DNA of 15,307 bases. Origin: Promethearchaeota archaeon (GTDB lineage: Archaea > Asgardarchaeota > Hermodarchaeia > Hermodarchaeales > Hermodarchaeaceae). Shown piece after piece: positions 6,729 to 14,221 of the stretch. Each line of letters begins with the position of its first letter. Within the stretch, counting starts at the first letter, position 1. The notes beneath the pieces are model-generated. The model saw only the letters and a program-made list of their open reading frames with translations. It had not been told where the DNA came from and ran no database searches. The translations under genes were made by a program, and so were the position numbers. Location of the stretch: assembly GCA_048939245.1 (NCBI GenBank), contig JBHLPR010000054.1, positions 1-15,307 of the forward strand. The letters run 5' to 3'.

Positions 6729-9521
6729 TTGAAAAAAAGAATCCTTATTCCAATCATTATAATCTTCCTAATTACCATCTCCAGTCTTCAAACTAATTTT
6801 CCAACCGATGCCTACGGGATTCCCTTGGAACTATTGCCAGCGATTAATACTGGTAATGGAACACCCCTTGATGTCTATGAATTTATTACAAATCAAAGTC
6901 AAACCTTCTATAATGTTCAAAACAATACAATTTTCCCATACCTTACTGACTGGTATCCCGAAGCATATCGCGGATACCATTTACATGCAAATCTTCTGAA
7001 TATTCGAAAAACGGTAAATCCTGTTCCAAACTGGAATTTCGAACAATACCCTGAACCAGGAAATAATTGGACTCTTACAACAGACGGTGGTGGACTCGTA
7101 AGTTCAATTGGTAATACTTCAGGAGGAAATCCAGGTTCCTGTCTAGATGTGGAATTAGCTTATGACAGACTACTAGGGTCACGAACAGCGGAAATAGAAA
7201 ATAGCTTTAATTATACCTCATCGATTTCTCCAGATTCGCTCACCCTCTATTTTGATGTTCGATATTCTTCTGATATCACGAACACCAGTTGGCTAATTAT
7301 TGAAGTAAGTATTGAAACCGGCTTTGGCTCCACAGTGGCTAGTTGGGTAACTACAACAGATGCTTTTGCACCAGAGGTCTGGGTGACACAAACTCTAGCT
7401 TCAGTCCCAGTGAATGGTTCTTTAACACTCAAAATTGTGATAACTAAGCAAACAGGTTCAAATCTCGAGGTTAATGGACACATCTATTTTGATAATTTTA
7501 ATTACCAAATTGGATCTTATTCAGCTCCAAGCGAAGTTGGGCTTTCATTAAACGATACAACTGTCGTAGATACTTTTGCTAATTATGGCGAAGTGGATAT
7601 CTACGCTGACGTTTCTTTAAGGGAAAAAATCAACTTTGCTAACGCATGGAATACAACCCAGTGGTTTGTTTTCACCTCAACGGAAACCATCTCTTTTGAT
7701 TTTGAATATGCCATGGCGATGAAAGCTGTAAATTCTGGGGCTGCTCAAACTAGCTATTCAATCGAAGAAAATACAGATTCAGAATGGACTGTGAATTACA
7801 CAGTTCCAAGTGAACGCCCCGCTCCTGGGTTCTCGAATTATCAATATGGTATTTTTTTACCTCAAGGATGGCAGCTAATTTATGTTCGAGATTCTCAAGG
7901 ATTTATGTTACTTGGAGATATTGATTTCACATGGAATTCGTCTGACCGCTTTTTCCTCCTAAGAGGAGGCATAGCTGAAGAAGGGGATATGTTCGCAATT
8001 TATTCACAAAGTACTAATTATGTCACAGGGGTTGTCATACAAAAAAGCGTTTCACCAAACGGACCTTGGGTAACTGTAACCTCGGATGATTTCCTTGTAT
8101 CTGGAGATTATGTCCAAGTGATTGGGACTTTGGAGCCTATTAATTCAACAGGAAATAGTGGAACCATATTGATCATTCTTCCCAATGGTACTGTTTGGAA
8201 CACTGATTCTGCTCCGACTTTTGATTCGAATACCAATACCTTAACGAGTACGATTTGGCAGATTACTTCAATCGACGAGGAATTAGCGGGAAGAAAGCTT
8301 ATTGCGAAAATTAGTTACTCCTCAGGAACTCAAAGTGGCCTTAGAACTCAGACTTTTAAGATGCTAAAAGAGGCCGAGATTACTATATACGCACCTCTTC
8401 CCAGTAGTGAGATGGGCTGGTTTGATTTCCCCATTATTGTGTATATCCAAGATTCCGTAACTGAGGATTATATTAGTGGTGCTGAAGTTCTTTTACGGTA
8501 TAATAACCCCCAAAATCAAAACCAATCAGTAGTCATGACACTTAATGATGAAGGCGCATATACTACCGTCTTTTCATCTGAAGGATTCGAACCTGAATCG
8601 CTTCTCACTTTTGAGGTGGAATTCATTAAATTCGGATATGTGAATGCCACAATTGCGGAAGGAACAGCTGCACAATTTAATGTCCGTGTAAGAACAGGAT
8701 TATCTCCAGAAATTGGAATCATAAATCAAATAATCATATATGGTGTTGTATTCGCAATAGTTATTGTTTCTGCGTGGCTATTGTATAGTCAGGGGTATCG
8801 TAAGCGTTATCTAATTCCTAAACGAAGAACTCATGAGAAAACACTTCAAGAAGTTATAGCAATTTATAACGATGTAACCAATTTATCTCGTGTTCTAGTT
8901 CTTCACAGGGGTTCGGGTATAGCGATTTTCGACTTCATGGGAGAAAAGGGCCTGGATGGTTCACTCATCGGAGGTTTTCTTCAAGCCTTACAAGCCTTTT
9001 CCTTTGATGTAAATGGAGAAAACCGTAGAGGAGAATCAGCTCGACTCTCTGAAATAACATATGAAGGATTTAGAGTAATAATAAATGATGGAGAACTTGT
9101 AAGGACTGCCCTGGTGTATCGAGGGACCCCTAGTGGGACCCTTCTTGAAAAACTAAGAGTATTTACAGAAAAATTCGAAGAGCGATATCAACATCAATTA
9201 ATATCTCATAAAAGTGAGGCAAGTCTGTTCAAGCAATCAGATGATCTCTTAGAAGAGATATTTCATATTTCTTTACTCTTTCCTCATAAAGTCGAACCAA
9301 AAACCGTTGATATTCGATTATCGAACCTGGAAAGTCGATTACATTTTGTCGCTCTAGAAATAGCCAAAAAGCAAGAATCCATCCAGCTTTCTGAAATTAT
9401 TACAAAGTACTTAGAAACTGTTCAGGGTAAGCCGGTTGAATTACTGAATGGAATTTTCCAACTCCGAGAGAAGAATTTGCTCATACCCATTGAACCCATT
9501 AGTTCCGCTAAATCCAAATAA
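6729..9521 (+). CDS. Large single-pass membrane protein: CBM/jelly-roll and Ig-like ectodomain, TM helix, cytoplasmic longin-like domain and putative winged helix
   Basis: Signal peptide MKKRILIPIIIIFLITIS; about 16 N-x-S/T sequons before the TM; PNWNFE...IYFDNF motif; TM IIIYGVVFAIVIVSAWLLY (8730-8786) followed by a basic stretch. The tail VLVLHRGSGIAIF...LIGGFLQALQAFS...LSEITYEGFRVIINDGELVRTALV...LRVFTEKFEERY...LLEEIF fits the longin beta-beta-alpha-beta-beta-beta-alpha-alpha order. Confidence 0.78.
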   Translation: MKKRILIPIIIIFLITISSLQTNFPTDAYGIPLELLPAINTGNGTPLDVYEFITNQSQTFYNVQNNTIFPYLTDWYPEAYRGYHLHANLLNIRKTVNPVPNWNFEQYPEPGNNWTLTTDGGGLVSSIGNTSGGNPGSCLDVELAYDRLLGSRTAEIENSFNYTSSISPDSLTLYFDVRYSSDITNTSWLIIEVSIETGFGSTVASWVTTTDAFAPEVWVTQTLASVPVNGSLTLKIVITKQTGSNLEVNGHIYFDNFNYQIGSYSAPSEVGLSLNDTTVVDTFANYGEVDIYADVSLREKINFANAWNTTQWFVFTSTETISFDFEYAMAMKAVNSGAAQTSYSIEENTDSEWTVNYTVPSERPAPGFSNYQYGIFLPQGWQLIYVRDSQGFMLLGDIDFTWNSSDRFFLLRGGIAEEGDMFAIYSQSTNYVTGVVIQKSVSPNGPWVTVTSDDFLVSGDYVQVIGTLEPINSTGNSGTILIILPNGTVWNTDSAPTFDSNTNTLTSTIWQITSIDEELAGRKLIAKISYSSGTQSGLRTQTFKMLKEAEITIYAPLPSSEMGWFDFPIIVYIQDSVTEDYISGAEVLLRYNNPQNQNQSVVMTLNDEGAYTTVFSSEGFEPESLLTFEVEFIKFGYVNATIAEGTAAQFNVRVRTGLSPEIGIINQIIIYGVVFAIVIVSAWLLYSQGYRKRYLIPKRRTHEKTLQEVIAIYNDVTNLSRVLVLHRGSGIAIFDFMGEKGLDGSLIGGFLQALQAFSFDVNGENRRGESARLSEITYEGFRVIINDGELVRTALVYRGTPSGTLLEKLRVFTEKFEERYQHQLISHKSEASLFKQSDDLLEEIFHISLLFPHKVEPKTVDIRLSNLESRLHFVALEIAKKQESIQLSEIITKYLETVQGKPVELLNGIFQLREKNLLIPIEPISSAKSK

Positions 9522-9653
9522 TAACGATTGACATTTTTTCGATATAATTTTCTTTTTCTGGATGGTGCCGAAAATTTATTTGCTGATTTTTACCTTGCCA
9601 AATTCACTTCTAAGACACTAATTTCAGAACAACTCTACTCAACGTGAATAATA

Positions 9654-10952
9654 ATGTCTGAAGGTAAAGAAATCAAAAGCTCGCAGCGATATCTTGTCGT
9701 TGTGGGCGCACTCATTATTCAAGTTTGTCTTGGGTCAATTTATGCCTGGTCTATTTTCCAGACTGCGCTTCGCGAAGGCGTTTATCTCTGGCCCTCACTT
9801 TGGACACAATTACCTTTTGCTGCAGGACTTGCCTCCTTTGCGGTCTTCATGATTCTTGCAGGTCGCTGGCAAGACCGCATTGGCCCAAGAAAGGTCGCAA
9901 CGTTAGGTGGAATTCTCCTCGGAGCAGGTTACCTACTTGCCGGACTTGTTGATATGATTAGTCTCGGCAGTTCTTTACTAGGTACTCTTTGGTTAGTCAT
10001 CACTTATGGAGTGATTGCAGGGGCAGGAATTGGGTTTGCTTATGTCTGTCCAATTGCCGCACTTGTCAAATGGTTCCCTGATAAGAAAGGGCTCATAACT
10101 GGTGTGGCAGTTGCTGGATTTGGTGCAGGCGCACTTGTTATGGGCTATGTGGAAACTTTCCTTTTAGCGCTCCCCTCAATATTCCCGTTAGTTGGAGGCG
10201 CTTTCCTAGTTCTGGGGGTCCTCTATCTGGTTCTAGTCGTATTAGGCTCTCAGTTACTTACCAATCCTCCCCTTGGCTGGGTACCGGCAGGCTATTCACC
10301 ATCAACGGGAACCGCAGAAGCTAAAGGACGTAATTTTGTCCCTCGAGAAATGATTGGCACAGTTGTTTTCTGGTTACTTTGGTTTATGTTTCTATTTGCA
10401 GCCACAGCCGGACTAATGACCTTAGGGAACGTCAAATCTGCTGCTGCTGCGATTGATCCCGTTACCGCTAGTTTACCAACCTGGGGCCTGATAGCCTCAA
10501 TCATTGTCGGCGTGATGTCTATCTTTAATGCCCTTGGTCGTATTGTTTGGGGTGCGGTGTCCGATAGAATAGGACGCGTTATAACACTGGTGCTCATGTT
10601 CACCTTACTCACGATCGGAATGTTTGCGTTTGCCTTTCTTAGTGTAATTAACACAGACTGGATTATTGTGATGGTCATCGCATCATTGGTCGGATTCTGT
10701 TTTGGCGGAAACTTTGCTCTTTTCCCCTCCTCCACCGCTGATTACTTTGGAACAGAAAATGTAGGCTCTAACTATGGTGTCCTGTTCACTGCCTATGGTG
10801 TAGCCGGAATCATTGGAGCACTTGCCGCTGGACTCATCGTTGACATTACAGCAAGCTATGCTTTAGCTTTCGTAATAACCGGAGTACTAGCAATCGTGGC
10901 TGTCATACTGACCTTACTTCTTTACCGAATACGTAAACCCTCAGAAGAATAA
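9654..10952 (+). CDS. MFS transporter, oxalate/formate antiporter (OFA) / monocarboxylate type
   Basis: About 12 TM helices; LGSIYAWS, GRWQDRIGPR, KWFPDKKGL, NALGRIVWGAVSDRIGR and DYFGTENVGSNYG motifs. Confidence 0.9.
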   Translation: MSEGKEIKSSQRYLVVVGALIIQVCLGSIYAWSIFQTALREGVYLWPSLWTQLPFAAGLASFAVFMILAGRWQDRIGPRKVATLGGILLGAGYLLAGLVDMISLGSSLLGTLWLVITYGVIAGAGIGFAYVCPIAALVKWFPDKKGLITGVAVAGFGAGALVMGYVETFLLALPSIFPLVGGAFLVLGVLYLVLVVLGSQLLTNPPLGWVPAGYSPSTGTAEAKGRNFVPREMIGTVVFWLLWFMFLFAATAGLMTLGNVKSAAAAIDPVTASLPTWGLIASIIVGVMSIFNALGRIVWGAVSDRIGRVITLVLMFTLLTIGMFAFAFLSVINTDWIIVMVIASLVGFCFGGNFALFPSSTADYFGTENVGSNYGVLFTAYGVAGIIGALAAGLIVDITASYALAFVITGVLAIVAVILTLLLYRIRKPSEE

Positions 10953-10964
10953 CATAATCCTCAA

Positions 10965-11012
10965 ACATGAGGTGTTCGATCACCTCATGTCCATTTTTCT
11001 ATTTTTTCTTTC
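10965..11012. terminator. Stem-loop plus T-tract between convergent genes; probable terminator
   Basis: Perfect 10-bp inverted repeat ACATGAGGTG-TTCGAT-CACCTCATGT (10965-10990), followed on the + strand by CCATTTTTCTATTTTTTCTTT. Confidence 0.65.
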
Positions 11013-11733
11013 CAACTACACTCAGGTAGATTGCACTCTCAGTATTCCCATCAAGGTGTAACAATTGGTTTACTTCTTCAGCATAAAATGCTGCCACTTG
11101 ACAGGTTCCCATACCCGAACCTTCGGCAGCTAACGCTAGATTTTGGGCAATATGTCCTGCATCTAAAAACACATACCGAAAAGCCCGTTGATGATATTTC
11201 CATTTAGAGCGATCGAATACTGCAGACCAGATGAATACCACATTCCCTGCGACAAGCATTCTTTGATCCAAAGACGCATTCGCTAATGCTATATCTAACT
11301 CGCCCTCCCGGATCAACTCCAGGTCCCCAGATTCCACTGAGTAATGATAAATACCGGGCTCAATTCCTTTTACGTTGTTAACACATACATATGTCTCAAT
11401 TGGATAAAGTGCACCTGCTGAAGGTGCCGTTCTTAATCCTAATCGTCCTCCATAAGCAGGAACATAGGCCTTCGTGATACCTTGAGTTGCCCAGAGAAGC
11501 TGTGAGAGCTCTTTTTTGGATATGGACTTGCTTGAGAAAACCCGAACACTGCACCTACTGCTGAGGGCATCCCATAAACCGGGACCTTTCGATGTTTCTG
11601 GTGAGGGAAGTGTCACCTTCATAGCTTCATTATATTCTTTATAGATAGGTGGACGCTTTGACAAATCCAAGGAGCCTTTGGAAAGTTTACCCCTTTCGTA
11701 TTTGGTGTTACGGTGAAACTGCTCCCCAATTTT
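10999..11733 (-). CDS. SagB/ThcOx-family nitroreductase-like FMN oxidoreductase (start codon uncertain)
   Basis: RCSVRVF, LSQLLWATQG, RTAPSAGALYPIETY, GIYHY and LDAGHIAQNLALAA motifs. The track starts at TTG 11670, but the frame is open to 11733 and encodes a family-like N-terminus (KIGEQFHRNTKYERGKL...DLSKRPPIYKEY). Confidence 0.88.
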   Translation of the reverse strand, partial: KIGEQFHRNTKYERGKLSKGSLDLSKRPPIYKEYNEAMKVTLPSPETSKGPGLWDALSSRCSVRVFSSKSISKKELSQLLWATQGITKAYVPAYGGRLGLRTAPSAGALYPIETYVCVNNVKGIEPGIYHYSVESGDLELIREGELDIALANASLDQRMLVAGNVVFIWSAVFDRSKWKYHQRAFRYVFLDAGHIAQNLALAAEGSGMGTCQVAAFYAEEVNQLLHLDGNTESAIYLSVVGKKK

Positions 11734-12726
11734 TCAGAGATTTGAAATCCCACTTTTTGCTTTGAGATACTTAATTGCCTTAAGTGCCCAATCCGCATCT
11801 TTTCGTAAGGCGCGACCCACCGCAATGAAATCTACTCTTTCCTCACGAATTACTTGGTTCGCAAATTCTGGCGTTTTTATGCCCCCAACTCCGATAACCG
11901 GAACATCGACATGCGCCTTGATGGCTTCAGCTTGAGGAACAAAAAAGCCTTCTTGGGCCGCTAATTCAGTTGGAGCCGCACCACAGATGCCACCTGAAAC
12001 ATTCAAGATATCAACGCCAAAATTGACTAGGGCTTTTGCAAAATATTGAGAATCCTCGATTTGGTTGCCCATCAATTCAAGATCAACCGAACCCAGACGA
12101 TAAAGAAGAAGGCGAGTTCCCACCTTCTTTTTCACTTCCCGTACCACTTCTAAAGGAAATCGTATACGATTGTCTAAACTGCCTCCATACTCATCTGTTC
12201 TATGGTTAGTTAATGGTGAGTAAAACTGATTTAAGAGAAAGCCATGAGCTCCATGAAGTTCCACACCGTCAAACCCAGCGTCCATTGCACGTTCAGCAGC
12301 ACGACCAAACGTATAAGACAGCATTTGAACTTCCTCCGAACTCAGTTCACGGGCACTCTCTATGGCAGAAGCAGATACCGATCCAATACCAAGCCGAGAA
12401 GGGGCTTTTGCCCCGGCATGACTTAACTGTAAGATAATTCGAGTGTTGAACGGCTGAATACGTTTAACCAGCTGTTTCAACCCAGAAACCAGATGATCAT
12501 CATAAATGCCCAGCTGACGTTTACTGAGCTGTCCATGCAGGTTCACATAACTATGTTCTACAATGATTAAGCCCAACCCCTCGGCCCGCTGTTCATAAAA
12601 ATTAATGAGCTTCTCCGTGACCCCTCCTTCAACCGTGGCAAGATCGCTTTGCATGGGAGGTAACACCAGTCGGTTCTTGAAGAACATGCCTTTCACTTTG
12701 ATAGAATCTAACACACTTGGCATCAT
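11734..12726 (-). CDS. NADH:flavin oxidoreductase, old yellow enzyme family
   Basis: KNRLVLPPM, QLSHAG, AGFDGVELHGAHGFLLNQFYSPLTNHRTDEYGGSLDNRIRF, PVIGVGGI and DFIAVGR motifs; AGGAG RBS at 12732-12736. Confidence 0.93.
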   Translation of the reverse strand: MMPSVLDSIKVKGMFFKNRLVLPPMQSDLATVEGGVTEKLINFYEQRAEGLGLIIVEHSYVNLHGQLSKRQLGIYDDHLVSGLKQLVKRIQPFNTRIILQLSHAGAKAPSRLGIGSVSASAIESARELSSEEVQMLSYTFGRAAERAMDAGFDGVELHGAHGFLLNQFYSPLTNHRTDEYGGSLDNRIRFPLEVVREVKKKVGTRLLLYRLGSVDLELMGNQIEDSQYFAKALVNFGVDILNVSGGICGAAPTELAAQEGFFVPQAEAIKAHVDVPVIGVGGIKTPEFANQVIREERVDFIAVGRALRKDADWALKAIKYLKAKSGISNL

Positions 12727-12870
12727 ATTGGCTCCTAGGATAATATTGGCTGTTCAATGGATTCTATAATAAAAAACAACCGGACTTGCTGGTTACCTGG
12801 CAACACCTATACATTTTAGTAACGGAAACCTACGCCTACACGGATATATCACCAATTGATAGTGATTTCC

Positions 12871-13092
12871 ATGGCAGAATGCGAAACCCAAAAGAAACTC
12901 ATTGTTGTTGAGAATTGCATCGAATGTCCATATGTCCGAAACCAGGGCGAATCCAGCTCTGGCAAAATTTCACTCTACTGCACTCATCCCAGCCTAGTTA
13001 CAGGGGCAAAATGCATTATCAGTTTCGACGATCTAATTAAAGAAGGTTTCACGATTCCCGACTGGTGCCCACTTGAAGACTACAAAGAGTGA
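12871..13092 (+). CDS. Small Cys-rich hypothetical protein, probably metal-binding
   Basis: CIECPY...YCTHP...C...IPDWCPL; fills the gap between genes with no overlap. ATG 12871 with upstream AGTGA is preferred over TTG 12856. Confidence 0.7.
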   Translation: MAECETQKKLIVVENCIECPYVRNQGESSSGKISLYCTHPSLVTGAKCIISFDDLIKEGFTIPDWCPLEDYKE

Positions 13093-13201
13093 TTCAAAGC
13101 TTGTGAACTCTTAGAACGAATTCCTAATTCAACACCGCAAGTAATTCGCTTCGTATGAATGCAAGATTACTGATGAGGTTACACCCAAAGGAGTTTATTA
13201 T

Positions 13202-14119
13202 ATGGAGTCAGCCAAGAATGGCAACCGGTTTTCTATTATCAAATCTCCATCAGAAGATGAGATCAAGATTGTTAAGCAAGCGTTTCAAGAACACAATAAG
13301 GCTCATCCACATGGTAAACTAGACATTCCGATTCCTGATATCAGTTTAGTCATAAAAGATGAATCTGGGAAAATCGTAGGGGGAGTCATTACAAGTATGC
13401 TGGCTAGGGTAATGCATCTTGAAGTCCTTTGGGTAGACGAAAAATACCGACGGAGAGGACTTGGAAAGGCCCTTGTATTAGAAGCTGAAAGACTCGGAAA
13501 AGAAAAAGGGTATACCTCTGCTCAGACATGGACCTTTTCATTTCAAGCTCCTGAATTCTATCAAAGTATCGGATACAAGGTTTTAGGAATCTTCGATGGT
13601 TACCCTGAAGGCATTACAGAATATGTCCTCACGAAAAGACTAGATACGAAGCATCTTCAAAATCTAGTTGATTTCCTTCAGGATAATGTGGGTTTTACAA
13701 TTTCTGAAGATTCTTCTGAAGAATCTATGAAAATATTGCATAAGGGTCTCTACGAATATGTCAACCAGCATATCGGAAAATTACAAAAAGAAAATCCAGA
13801 AATACAAATCAATTTGGTTCTCAAAAATGAAAAGGATCAAATTATTGGAGGGATAATTACCAGTACGATTCTCAAGGTATTATACATACTCCAACTCTGG
13901 ATACAGCAGAGCTATCGACGCCAAGGTCTGGGTAAGAAACTTATTCACAAAGCAGAGCAAATAGCCAAGGAAAATAGCTGTATCTCTGGGTTGGCTATGG
14001 TATACTCGTTTCAAACTCCTGAATTCTTTGAAAAAGTTGGATACCAAGTCTTTGGAATGTCTGATGGTTATCCACACCCAACCAGAGAATACTATTTCAA
14101 AAAGAAATTTGAATCCTAA
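13202..14119 (+). CDS. Tandem (two-domain) GNAT N-acetyltransferase
   Basis: Two copies of motif A (LWVDEKYRRRGLGKAL and LWIQQSYRRQGLGKKL) and of SFQxPEF(Y/F)xxxGY; AAGGAG RBS upstream. Confidence 0.92.
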   Translation: MESAKNGNRFSIIKSPSEDEIKIVKQAFQEHNKAHPHGKLDIPIPDISLVIKDESGKIVGGVITSMLARVMHLEVLWVDEKYRRRGLGKALVLEAERLGKEKGYTSAQTWTFSFQAPEFYQSIGYKVLGIFDGYPEGITEYVLTKRLDTKHLQNLVDFLQDNVGFTISEDSSEESMKILHKGLYEYVNQHIGKLQKENPEIQINLVLKNEKDQIIGGIITSTILKVLYILQLWIQQSYRRQGLGKKLIHKAEQIAKENSCISGLAMVYSFQTPEFFEKVGYQVFGMSDGYPHPTREYYFKKKFES

Positions 14120-14221
14120 TTTGAAAGATATGCATAGTTTTCACCCTTGCGCTACACTATTATCGGCTTCAGAAAGAAACCTTAAGGTAAGAAATAGCAA
14201 TGGGTTCTTTGTGATCTCACT

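Noticed and set aside
10953-11736. Selenocysteine recoding of the TGA at 11734-11736, with the downstream hairpin as a SECIS
   Set aside because: The TGA is in a linker rather than at a Cys-equivalent catalytic position, and the hairpin is fully Watson-Crick paired without a GA-quartet or GAA/A SECIS core.
10999-13092. Azole-RiPP cluster (SagB dehydrogenase plus Cys-rich precursor)
   Set aside because: There is no YcaO/E1 cyclodehydratase, protease or ABC exporter. Stand-alone SagB-type nitroreductases are common, and the small protein looks like a metal-binding fold.
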